NCBI GenBank assembly: GCA_963845065.1
Contig: CAWJQQ010000013.1
Coordinates: 1 to 13,921 of the forward strand
Origin: Nitrospirota bacterium
GTDB lineage: Bacteria > Nitrospirota > UBA9217
Direction: 5' to 3'
DNA length: 13,921 bases
This document shows positions 1 to 8,122 of the stretch, one piece after another. The first letter of the stretch is position 1. The number at the start of each line of letters is the position of its first letter. Below the pieces are notes generated by a model that had not been told where the DNA came from, did not search any database, and worked only from the letters and a program-made list of their open reading frames with translations. The translations under genes and the position numbers were made by a program.

Positions 1-437
1 AGGCACTTCCTCTGGGCGATGAGATCGGCGACGTTTGCCGCATCCTTGCCGTCATTCTTGTCCCAGCGGCCGTCCAGAAGCTGCCGGTTGTTCCTGACCG
101 CGACGACTCCTACAAGAACGACCATGTGTCCACACTTGGTCAGATGCTCCGCCAGAGGCTTGTGGTAGTTCCCTGTCGGTTCGATGCCGAAAACGACCGC
201 CGCCAGTCTGTATTGAACTTTTATGCATTCAATAGAAGCGAGCAGCTTTTGAAACCCTTCATGTGTGTTGTCAAAGACGAGACTCTTAACCAGCGTCTTG
301 CCCCGCGCTGTGCCGAAGAATGCATTGTGTCTCTCTTTCGCTGCATCAATGCCGACAATCAGATACTTCTCTGAACCCCGGATCTCTTACTTCAATTGCT
401 AAAACTGCTCAAGTCTGATATCATCAAGATAGTTCAT
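1..437 (-). pseudogene. IS110-family DEDD recombinase/transposase, 5' part (runs off the window edge), with two in-frame stops
   Basis: Manual translation from ATG at 437 (AGGAGG RBS upstream): MNYLDDIRLEQF*QLK*EIRGSEKYLIVGIDAAKERH...VFGIEPTGNYHKPLAEHL...WDKNDGKDAANVADLI. The VGID, GIEPTG and KNDxxDA motifs are the DEDD catalytic signature of IS110. Stops are TAG at 399-401 and TAA at 387-389. Confidence 0.88.
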
Positions 438-568
438 AGAAGCCTCCTGACTCTAGAATTTTGATTCCATATAATCTAATTCTTAGCAGGAGGTTTCTAT
501 TTTGGGTAGATTGAAAGTGCACTATCCCTTATGCTTAATTGGGGAAGTCTAACCTCATGCTCTACCCA
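436..568 (-). ncRNA. Structured non-coding end of the IS110 element, candidate bridge RNA
   Basis: Two adjacent long stem-loops directly upstream of the IS110 ATG. One is 436-449/487-500 (13/14 complementary, covering the RBS, with an inner AGAATT/AATTCT stem). The other is TGGGTAGA 503-510/TCTACCCA 561-568, enclosing an internal loop and an inner TCCC/GGGA stem. Confidence 0.55.
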
Positions 569-591
569 TATATAACTTACACCTCCAAGTG

Positions 592-614
592 GGTGCGCCC
601 TGCCGGGCGCACCA
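592..614 (+). other. GC-rich hairpin that also matches a tRNA 3' end (tRNA-Arg-like CCTGCCGGGCGCACCA), possible att remnant
   Basis: GGTGCGCCC-TGCC-GGGCGCACC stem at 592-613. 599-614 ends in ACCA and is followed by a terminator. No complete tRNA is present. Confidence 0.35.
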
Positions 615-618
615 CAAT

Positions 619-646
619 AAAAAAGGCCCTATATAGGGCCTTTTTT
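619..646. terminator. Bidirectional intrinsic terminator
   Basis: Perfect 28-bp palindrome AAAAAAGGCCCTATATAGGGCCTTTTTT, 18 bp past the stop codon of the cyclase gene. Confidence 0.9.
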
Positions 647-664
647 CGGCGCATTCTTCATCTC

Positions 665-2530
665 TTAAAGGAAAAGTCCTTCGACAATTTCTGAATTCAC
701 CCTGTGTATCCAGTTAATGATGTCATGTTTTGCCGCTTCCGGCAGGTTTTCAAAACAAAGCCCGATATAGTAAGCCCTCTCCTGTTTTCTGGCGTGATAA
801 ACTGTGGCGCGGACCGTGATGTTGCCCAGCGCAATCATATTGAAGTTGACGTTCAGCTTGGAGCCGATGCCGATAGGGCCGCTGACTTCCAGAAGGCAGC
901 CAGCCGGGCCGATGTTCTTAACTGAAGCGGTGTTCGATTCCTCGGAAAAACCTTCAAGCGAATAAGTCACTTTTGTGTCCGTTACCTTCCGCATGAACCG
1001 CCGGTTTCCGCCTTTGACGGTAACGGCTTCGGCGATGCTTATCGGATGGTCCTTCCCCTTCACCATGACGGGTAATAATTCTTTCCAGGTCGCTTCGCCT
1101 CCAACCTCGTCGAAAATGACTTTGCTGACCAGCACCTGGCCCGGCTGTGCAACGCCGCAGAGCCGCGCCGCGATGTTGATGTTGTCGCCGATCACTGTAT
1201 AGTCCATGTGGTCTTCCGAACCCATATTGCCCATCACAACCTCGCCACTGTTCATGCCGATGCCGATGGAGACTGTTTTTTCGCTGGCTGCGACCCTTGC
1301 CTCGTTCAAGGCCCTGCAGTAGCTCTGGATCTCGACCGCAGCGCGGACCGCGTTGAGCGCCATACCCTTTCCCTCGAAGATGGCCATGACCTCGTCCCCA
1401 ACAAACTTGTCGACAATGCCTCCCCAATGATGGATGACCGTGGTCTGCAGGTTCAAATAGATATTCATAAGGCTAACTACGTCCTCGGGACTCATCTTCT
1501 CGGCCAGGGACGTAAAGCCGCGCGCGTCGGAGAAGATGGCAGTCACGTACTTCCGTTCTCCTCCCAGCTTAAGCTGCGTCACATCACGATGCTCCTTGAT
1601 GCTCAGAACCGTGGACTGGGAAAGGTACTTCTCCATGAGAAGCTTTTCCCGCAGGCTTAAAATCATCTGGTTGAAGACGTTTGTCAGGTTCCCGATCTCG
1701 TCATCGGAGGGGACCGCGACCAGTTGGCGCAGGTCACCGCGTGCGACGACCTGGATGCCTTCCTCCAGAGAATCGAGTGGTTTCGTGATCATGCGAGCGA
1801 GGCCGAAGGAGACTAGCAGCCCGACTATGACGAATATCAGGGCAATCCAGAGGTAAATAATCTTCTGTCCGCGAATCGCTTCGTTCAGTGCTTTCTCAGA
1901 AAGCCCGATCCTCGCGATGCCTATCTTGAGTTTTTTTGTTTGCATAGTGATGGGGATCGAGGCGTCCAAAACGGATTCATTGTTATACACCGTCTCCTGG
2001 AAGAGGAGTGCATTTGCCTTCAATGCCTCCTTATAGGACGGATCGGTAAGGATGGTTCCTTTCTTCGAAAAATCACTGTGTGCAAAAACTCGCCCCTCGT
2101 CATCGATGACCATGGCATACACGACACCCTCTCGCTTCTGGATGTCCGTAATAGTGGAAAAGACCGGCAATTCCTGCTTCGTCAGCAGGCCTTCTTTGCC
2201 TACGTTCGCGAGTTGCTCGACCAGGACTGTAGCTCTGTTATTTAGTTCATTGCGAAGGATCGAATTTTGCCGGGCGAAGGTTACGACACCGAGAGAGAGA
2301 ACGGCTAGGCTTAAAACCAATATGAGTGTACCCGCAATCTTATAGCGAACCTTGATCGAGGAAATAAAACGAAACAGCCAGGAATGGTGGGATGTTTGAT
2401 GGACAATCGGTTTTGCCGGTGCAGGAGCTGCAACTGCGCTCTTTTTTTCCGGAAAAGATTTCAGAACGTCTGATTCCAGTCCTGCGGCACCTTCATTTTC
2501 AACAATATTATTTTCTATGTTGTCACTCAT
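665..2530 (-). CDS. Membrane class III adenylate cyclase: TM, extracytoplasmic sensor, TM, HAMP, cyclase and C-terminal PilZ-like domain
   Basis: Two hydrophobic segments. HAMP motif ITKPL...VARGDL...DEIGNL..VFNQM. Cyclase motifs FSDARGFT, VDKFVGDEVMAIF (Lys suggests ATP specificity), GIGMNSG and DYTVIGDNINIAARL. C-terminal RRFMR...NIGPAGC..GLCF resembles PilZ. Confidence 0.92.
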   Translation of the reverse strand: MSDNIENNIVENEGAAGLESDVLKSFPEKKSAVAAPAPAKPIVHQTSHHSWLFRFISSIKVRYKIAGTLILVLSLAVLSLGVVTFARQNSILRNELNNRATVLVEQLANVGKEGLLTKQELPVFSTITDIQKREGVVYAMVIDDEGRVFAHSDFSKKGTILTDPSYKEALKANALLFQETVYNNESVLDASIPITMQTKKLKIGIARIGLSEKALNEAIRGQKIIYLWIALIFVIVGLLVSFGLARMITKPLDSLEEGIQVVARGDLRQLVAVPSDDEIGNLTNVFNQMILSLREKLLMEKYLSQSTVLSIKEHRDVTQLKLGGERKYVTAIFSDARGFTSLAEKMSPEDVVSLMNIYLNLQTTVIHHWGGIVDKFVGDEVMAIFEGKGMALNAVRAAVEIQSYCRALNEARVAASEKTVSIGIGMNSGEVVMGNMGSEDHMDYTVIGDNINIAARLCGVAQPGQVLVSKVIFDEVGGEATWKELLPVMVKGKDHPISIAEAVTVKGGNRRFMRKVTDTKVTYSLEGFSEESNTASVKNIGPAGCLLEVSGPIGIGSKLNVNFNMIALGNITVRATVYHARKQERAYYIGLCFENLPEAAKHDIINWIHRVNSEIVEGLFL

Positions 2531-2895
2531 TTGGATTCAAGCTCGTCCAGTGTTTTCAATATTGTTTCTATCTTTTTGAGGTTCTCCATGGCCTTTAATC
2601 CGAGTGCGGTATGCGGACCTAGGCTAACGACCTCCTTAAACGCCTCCTTGGCGTGTGTATAATCCTCTGCTGAATAATATTGAAGGCCCTGATTGTAATA
2701 ACGCTTCTGAGCCACGGCATCAACTGGTTTCTGCTGTGTACGAGGACGGACGGCCTGTTTCGGTTGCTCAGGCGGTGGTGCATGGGGAGGTGCTGGCGGC
2801 GTAGTAGCACAACCAGCTACAAACAGAAGTACAATGCCATAGGGTAGGAGCTTCCGAAATACGAAGTCTGTCAACGAGAACATCTTTGATATCAT
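2527..2895 (-). CDS. Small lipoprotein with Pro-rich linker and TPR-like helical domain
   Basis: Lipobox LLFVAG-C, then PPAPPHAPPPEQP, then a TPR-like segment YYNQGLQYYSAEDYTHAKEAFKEVVSLGP. Overlaps the cyclase start by ATGA (2527-2530). Start is probably ATG 2895 or 2883 rather than 2943, given signal-peptide length. Confidence 0.8.
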   Translation of the reverse strand: MISKMFSLTDFVFRKLLPYGIVLLFVAGCATTPPAPPHAPPPEQPKQAVRPRTQQKPVDAVAQKRYYNQGLQYYSAEDYTHAKEAFKEVVSLGPHTALGLKAMENLKKIETILKTLDELESK

Positions 2896-3041
2896 GAGTA
2901 ACGTACAACCTCTCTGATACAAAAAAACATTCGGAACAGGCAATGTAATGTGCTAGCCAGCATCCTGTTTGTTTCGCGTGGTAATTGTACCGTGTGCCCT
3001 TGTCAGGGGGGGCATAGACGGAATAATGGTTGTCTGGGCAA

Positions 3042-3071
3042 AGCATATCACAGGATATTCGCTGTTGTCAA
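3042..3071 (-). promoter_or_regulatory. Sigma70-type promoter of the lipoprotein-cyclase operon
   Basis: Minus strand TTGACA (3071-3066), 18 nt, TATGCT (3047-3042), with an extended -10 TGn. Confidence 0.6.
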
Positions 3072-3099
3072 CGTGATTGCACAGCCGTGATTGCGCAGC
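3072..3099. repeat. Tandem 14-bp direct repeat abutting the -35 box, candidate transcription-factor site
   Basis: CGTGATTGCACAGC (3072-3085) and CGTGATTGCGCAGC (3086-3099), 13/14 identical. Confidence 0.6.
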
Positions 3100-3159
3100 G
3101 GGGTCAAAAAAAACTATTTTGCTGTATGATTAGAACGTATCGATATTCTCGCCTCTGAT

Positions 3160-4017
3160 TTAACCCTGCTCTTCGTTCGCAGCTTCCCTTGCAATCATCG
3201 CTTTCTTACGGGCAATGCCCCACCGGTAACCGCCGAGTGCGCCGGACTTCCGTATAACACGGTGACAGGGAATTAAGTATGCTATCGGATTGCGAGCCAC
3301 GGCACTGGAAACCGCGCGTACTGCTTCCGGTTTACCAATCATTCCTGCGATGTCCGTGTAGGATACGATCGTGCCGCGCGGGATCTTCAGGAGCGCCCGC
3401 CAAACATTGATCTGGAAATTGGTACCCATGAGATGAATCGGCAAAGCGGGTTTCTGCTGTCGAGAGTCGAATATGCGGTCGACATATGGCTGGGTATGCG
3501 ATCGATCCTCGGAAATATCAGCATAGTGCCATTGTTTCATTAAATTATCGACAATCATTTTTCGATACTTCCGTCCTGCAAAAGCAAGTTCGCAAATCCC
3601 CCGCCCGGTTATTGCCACAAAGCAATCGCCAAAAGGGCTCGCATGAACGCCGTAGAAAATCTTCACATGCTCGCCTCGACTGCGGAACTCGCCTGGTGTC
3701 ACAGCTTCAATATTCACAAACAGATCGTGAAGTCGGCCAGCACTGGATAGACCGGTTTTATCAGTGACATCGAGCAGGTTTGCAGAATCATCCAGGACAT
3801 GCTTTGCGTATTCAACGGTCAACAGCTGCTGAAATCGCGTGGGGCTGATACCGGCCCAACGCTTAAAAAGCCGTTGAAAATGATACTCGCTCAGATGCAC
3901 CGACTGGGCGATTTCCTTTAAATTGGGATGACGACGGAAATTCCTCTCCAGGAAATTGATCGCCTTTTCGACACGACGGTAATCTTTTACTGATGATTGC
4001 ATTGTCAAGGTCATCAC
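3160..4017 (-). CDS. Ada-like bifunctional AraC HTH / O6-methylguanine-DNA methyltransferase, lacking the N-terminal Zn-binding domain
   Basis: AraC-type HTH (LSEYHFQRLFKRWAGISP), GTNFQINVW..L.KIP.G...Y, active site IPCHRV and GGYRWG. The exact start codon is uncertain (4017, 4014 or 4002). Confidence 0.93.
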   Translation of the reverse strand: MMTLTMQSSVKDYRRVEKAINFLERNFRRHPNLKEIAQSVHLSEYHFQRLFKRWAGISPTRFQQLLTVEYAKHVLDDSANLLDVTDKTGLSSAGRLHDLFVNIEAVTPGEFRSRGEHVKIFYGVHASPFGDCFVAITGRGICELAFAGRKYRKMIVDNLMKQWHYADISEDRSHTQPYVDRIFDSRQQKPALPIHLMGTNFQINVWRALLKIPRGTIVSYTDIAGMIGKPEAVRAVSSAVARNPIAYLIPCHRVIRKSGALGGYRWGIARKKAMIAREAANEEQG

Positions 4018-4031
4018 CTCTCAATGACCTC

Positions 4032-4072
4032 ATCATAACGCATTGCGAAAGCCGCAACAACCCGTTTCTTGC
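4032..4072 (-). promoter_or_regulatory. Putative promoter of the ada-like gene with an upstream candidate activator box
   Basis: Minus strand TTGTTG (4060-4055), 17 nt, TATGAT (4037-4032). GCAAGAAACGGG lies immediately upstream of the weak -35, where an Ada-type activator would bind. Confidence 0.4.
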
Positions 4073-4214
4073 TTTTCTTATGCTTGAAGCAATGATAAAA
4101 AATTAAAATCTTGTATTGTGGCACAAAGATTTGTCATAGACGATCTGGAAAATTTTGTAAAAATCGATATTTTCTCGACGTAAGCGCGAAGACATTTGGA
4201 TGGGAACAATGAAA

Positions 4215-4228
4215 TGGTGGTCCCAACG
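4215..4228 (-). other. Orphan tRNA 3'-end fragment (tRNA-Glu-like), candidate att core at an island boundary
   Basis: Minus strand reads CGTTGGGACCACCA, an acceptor-stem 3' strand plus ACCA. It lies about 60 bp from arm-type repeats and at the switch from ordinary to accessory genes. Confidence 0.55.
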
Positions 4229-4290
4229 TCCATCAAATAGATTGTCCAATGTATTGAAATATCAAAATAATGTGTAATGCTATTTTCGCG

Positions 4291-4311
4291 GATACCCCCA
4301 AAACTACCCCC
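4291..4311. repeat. TACCCCC direct repeat resembling arm-binding sites of P4-like tyrosine integrases
   Basis: GATACCCCCAAAACTACCCCC, with TACCCCC at 4293-4299 and 4305-4311, next to the tRNA fragment. Confidence 0.6.
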
Positions 4312-4346
4312 GCTAAATTAGTTACCCTAGAAGCTTAATAAAAGCA

Positions 4347-4521
4347 ATGGGGTATGCACTTGACGACACCTGATACAGCATGTTGTAAATTCTCAAGTTG
4401 GATTTCCAATTAAGCCTTGGAGAATGACAATATTTTCGCACTGTTTAAGTCATCCCCGAGTTTTCTTATCGGGGATATGCTTCTATAGATAGGGGTAGGT
4501 GTCGTCAAGTGCATACCCCAC
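4347..4521. mobile_element. MITE / internally deleted IS (175 bp), possibly IS1595-family derived
   Basis: Perfect 24-bp inverted repeats TGGGGTATGCACTTGACGACACCT at 4348-4371 and 4497-4520. Flanking 8-bp direct repeat TAAAAGCA at 4339-4346 and 4522-4529. No transposase ORF inside. Confidence 0.88.
4449..4476. repeat. REP-like palindrome inside the MITE
   Basis: GTC-ATCCCCGA-GTTTTCTTA-TCGGGGAT, an 8-bp perfect stem at 4452-4459/4469-4476. Confidence 0.5.
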
Positions 4522-4802
4522 TAAAAGCATTCTCAAACCGGCCCTAATAGATGATCCTATTACAGTTTACACATTTTTTTCGCCTAACGCTATTTTAATA
4601 ACGTTTTTCTAATCAGTGTAAGTGCTGAATGCCTTATTCCGGTGAATTGGCTACGCAAATTACATATATAATCTATACCGAACAAAAAGCCCCTTTTGAC
4701 TCCTACCCGAGTTGATTTTTCCCTTGTTTCAATCCCCTACTTTAGGCTATATTTCGGTCATCATTGTTATTTAAAGAATCTTCAACAAAAGGAACCTATG
4801 CC

Positions 4803-7277
4803 ATGCCATTGATAATAAGCAGCGTTTCCAAAAAGAAATTAAAACCACTTAAACTGAAAGTCTTTCGTACTCACAAACCAGATGACCTCTCGCTCGAAGA
4901 TTGGCAGCGCGCCCTTAGAAAACAGTTCGGTGAACAACAGAAATTCATCCTCCGGAACAACGGAGAGCATCCGATTTTTTCTGAGTTCTCGCTCACCAAC
5001 CCGGCCACGGGAAAAACCTACAAACTCGCCATTCGCGGGCGTACCGCAGGCGACAACTACTGCTCCTGTCCCGATTTCAGCATCAACAACCTTGGCACCT
5101 GCAAACATATCGAATACACACTCGCAAAACTGGAGAAGAAACCAGGCGCGAAGAGGGCGTTCAAGGAGGGCTTTGCCCTGCCCTATTCCGAGGCGTTCCT
5201 GCACTACGGACTGAAGCGAGAAATACGCTTCAAGCCTGCAGCGGAAGCACCCGCTGAGCTGCGCATCCTCGTACGCAAGTTTTTCGACGCACACGGGAGC
5301 TTGAAACCTGAGCGTATCCTTGATTTTCCCGGTTTTCTTGACGCGGCAGAGCGTATCGGTAATCACGAAGTGCGCTGCTATGACGACGTCATGGCTTTTG
5401 TCGCCGAACATCAGGACAAGGAACACCGAGCAGGCGTCATAGCGTCGAAGCTGAAACAGGGGATAGAGAGCCCGGCGTTTCATAAGCTTCTGAAAACCGA
5501 CCTATACCCCTACCAGAAGGAAGGCGCACTGTTTGCGGTCCGCACGGGCCGCAGTTTGATCGGCGATGACATGGGCCTCGGCAAAACCATTCAGGCCTTG
5601 GCAGCCTCGGAGCTGCTGCACCGGCTATTCAATATCGGTAAGGTGCTTATCGTCACGCCCACATCACTTAAGCACCAATGGCGGGCTGAGATCGAGAAGT
5701 TTACCAATAAGAGCGTCAGCGTGGTCGAGGGCATGAATACAGAGCGGGCGCGGCTGTATCGAGGAGAATCATTTTACAAAGTCATCAACTATGAGGTTGT
5801 GTTCCGCGACGCGGACTCGATTAAGACGTGGTCTCCGGATCTTATCATCCTCGATGAGGCGCAGCGGATTAAGAATTGGAATACCCGAACAGCGAAATCG
5901 GTCAAGCGGCTCGAATCAATTTTTACCGTAGTGCTTACCGGAACGCCGCTAGAAAACAAGATCGAGGAACTGCATTCAATCATGGAATTTATCGATCGGC
6001 TCCATCTGGGGCCTCTCTATCGTTTCGTCCACAATCACCGCATTGTCGACAACGTGGGCAAAGTGACCGGCTACCGTCATCTTCAGGCCATCCGGGAGTC
6101 GCTCATGGGAGTTATGATCAGGCGGACGAAGAACGAGGTGCTTCGGCAGCTCCCGGAGCGCACGGACAAGAACTTTTTCGTGCCCTTGACCCGGGAACAA
6201 TTCGTGGTACACGACGAATATCGCGAGGTAGTGGCCAAGCTCGTGGCCAAATGGAGGCGCTACAGGTTTCTGTGCGATGCGGACCAAAAACGGCTCATGA
6301 TCGCGCTCAACCTTATGCGCATGGTTTCCGATAACACATATCTGGTGGACAAAAAGACGATACACGGTCCCAAGATCGAAGAGCTGGAAATCATTCTCCA
6401 AGAGCTTGTATTGGAGGGCGGCGAAAAAGTCGTCATTTTCACCCAGTGGCTTAGAATGGCCGAACTCGTTGAAGTAATATTAAAGAAGAACAATATAGAA
6501 TACACTTACTTGCACGGCGGTGTCCCCTCTAAGGGGCGGCGCGATTTGATCACGAAATTCCAGAAAAACCCGAAATGCAGCGTCTTCCTCTCGACCGACG
6601 CCGGCGGGGTGGGGCTTAATCTTCAAAGCGGTTCAGTCGTGATCAACGTGGACATCCCCTGGAACCCGGCGGTCCTCGAACAGCGAATCGGTAGAGTCCA
6701 TCGGATGGGTCAAAAGAAGCGGGTACGCGTGATTAACTTTGTAACCACGGGTTCTATTGAAGAGCGCATCCTCGAATTGCTCAAGTTCAAGAAATCAGTC
6801 TTCGCGGGCGCGCTCGACAAGGACGGCCAGGACACGGTCTTGGTCGGAGAATCGCAGCTTAATAAACTCATGAAGACAGTGGAAACGATGGTAGGCAATA
6901 TTGCGAAGCCTGACCCAGTTGCGGAGCGGCAGAGACAAAAAGAAGATGATTTCGCGGAAAAGCTGGAGAAAAGTGACGCGGCAACGACGGCAAAGGTTGT
7001 ATCAGAGGATCAGGGCAATGGACGCGATGACAGACTCGATTCCCTAAGCGACTTGCTTCAGAGCGGCGCCCAGTTCCTGATGGGCCTCGGTGAATTGATG
7101 GCGAAGCCTGGGGAATCGGCGGAGAAACGCCTCCAAACCTTGATCAGCCGGGACCAAACTACGGGAGCCGCTTACCTGAAAATACCTTTACCCGAAACGA
7201 AAACGATAAAGACCTTTTTTGACGCTCTCGGGGAGGTGCTATCTCAGGTCACGCATCCCGAAGTAAACAGGAAATAA
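4803..7277 (+). CDS. SWIM zinc finger plus SNF2-family (SF2) helicase/ATPase
   Basis: SWIM motif CSCPDFSINNLGTCKH. SNF2 motifs LYPYQKEG, GDDMGLGKT, ILDEAQRIKN, LTGTPLEN, LSTDAGGVGLNLQ and WNPAVLEQRIGRVHRMGQ. ATG 4803 with AAGGA upstream is preferred over TTG 4764. Confidence 0.93.
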   Translation: MPLIISSVSKKKLKPLKLKVFRTHKPDDLSLEDWQRALRKQFGEQQKFILRNNGEHPIFSEFSLTNPATGKTYKLAIRGRTAGDNYCSCPDFSINNLGTCKHIEYTLAKLEKKPGAKRAFKEGFALPYSEAFLHYGLKREIRFKPAAEAPAELRILVRKFFDAHGSLKPERILDFPGFLDAAERIGNHEVRCYDDVMAFVAEHQDKEHRAGVIASKLKQGIESPAFHKLLKTDLYPYQKEGALFAVRTGRSLIGDDMGLGKTIQALAASELLHRLFNIGKVLIVTPTSLKHQWRAEIEKFTNKSVSVVEGMNTERARLYRGESFYKVINYEVVFRDADSIKTWSPDLIILDEAQRIKNWNTRTAKSVKRLESIFTVVLTGTPLENKIEELHSIMEFIDRLHLGPLYRFVHNHRIVDNVGKVTGYRHLQAIRESLMGVMIRRTKNEVLRQLPERTDKNFFVPLTREQFVVHDEYREVVAKLVAKWRRYRFLCDADQKRLMIALNLMRMVSDNTYLVDKKTIHGPKIEELEIILQELVLEGGEKVVIFTQWLRMAELVEVILKKNNIEYTYLHGGVPSKGRRDLITKFQKNPKCSVFLSTDAGGVGLNLQSGSVVINVDIPWNPAVLEQRIGRVHRMGQKKRVRVINFVTTGSIEERILELLKFKKSVFAGALDKDGQDTVLVGESQLNKLMKTVETMVGNIAKPDPVAERQRQKEDDFAEKLEKSDAATTAKVVSEDQGNGRDDRLDSLSDLLQSGAQFLMGLGELMAKPGESAEKRLQTLISRDQTTGAAYLKIPLPETKTIKTFFDALGEVLSQVTHPEVNRK

Positions 7278-7627
7278 TCAGCACAGTAAATACACAGGTG
7301 TTAGCTCTGCACTTCAACAACGGCGATTAGCCCGGATAAACACGACTAAGTCAACAGCTTATGCACCTGGACAGCTTTACACTAGTTAAAATTAATTACA
7401 GACTTGAAGAGCATTGTCCCTGCAGTTATTCAATGCTACCGCAGAAATCCTCATTCGGGTGGGTGCGCAATCTATATATGGTCAAGATAACAATAATCCT
7501 CTCAGCAATGATACTTCAAGTTAAGATGCCGAAGAATCGGGACAAAAAATTTTCCATTGGCCTTGTAAAGACATCAGAACAGGGATCAGAAGATTAAAGA
7601 ATAGAATGGCTACGGTTGAAAAGCGAT

Positions 7628-8047
7628 ATGAATAGGGAATGGATTGACCACTATGAAGGCCACTGGATAGATGGCGCCGGGCGCGAGATACATATCCGTG
7701 TCCGCGATAGCAGTACAGCGTACGCTACACTTCTTTTCAACGACAAGCCTGTTCTTCGTCCGTGGTGTAAAAATAAGCCAAGCATAAACATGATATCTCA
7801 TTATCGTCATGGAAGCGGACCGCAGTTATCAGTTGAACTAGGATGCGAAGGGTATACAATGGAATTATCGTATGATCCCCAATATGCACTGCTGCCCGAT
7901 TCGCCGGAAGCTTTGTCTGTAGGGCTTTCAATGTATGAGAGCGATAATGTCGCAGAAAAATGCTTCGCTTTATTTTATCCCTTGAAACCATACCGACGAA
8001 AGCTACGACAGGTAGCTACGCATAATTTTTTATGCTCTGTAGATTAA
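7628..8047 (+). CDS. Hypothetical protein (about 139 aa)
   Basis: Open frame co-oriented with its neighbours, with plausible composition (YEGHWIDGAGREIHI...). No family recognised and the RBS is weak. Confidence 0.55.
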   Translation: MNREWIDHYEGHWIDGAGREIHIRVRDSSTAYATLLFNDKPVLRPWCKNKPSINMISHYRHGSGPQLSVELGCEGYTMELSYDPQYALLPDSPEALSVGLSMYESDNVAEKCFALFYPLKPYRRKLRQVATHNFLCSVD

Positions 8048-8122
8048 ATACTTTATCCTAGGATGGGTTTTCTCGATCGGGCTCATATTAAAGCCGAAAT
8101 GTACACTAAAGAGTTTTGCTGA

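Noticed and set aside
126..374. 82-aa + strand ORF
   Set aside because: It is the antisense shadow of the IS110 recombinase frame on the minus strand.
387..401. Stop-codon reassignment as an explanation for the IS110 stops
   Set aside because: Two different stops (TAG and TAA) are involved, and other genes in the window terminate normally with TAA, TAG and TGA.
704..3046. Short ORFs overlapping the cyclase and lipoprotein genes and their leader
   Set aside because: They are antisense or alternate-frame to well-supported genes and have no recognisable motifs.
4839..6898. ORFs nested in or antisense to the SNF2 gene
   Set aside because: Shadow ORFs of a long coding region, with no independent evidence.
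7361..7597. 78-aa + strand ORF
   Set aside because: No clear RBS and no recognisable motif. It may be decayed or spurious.
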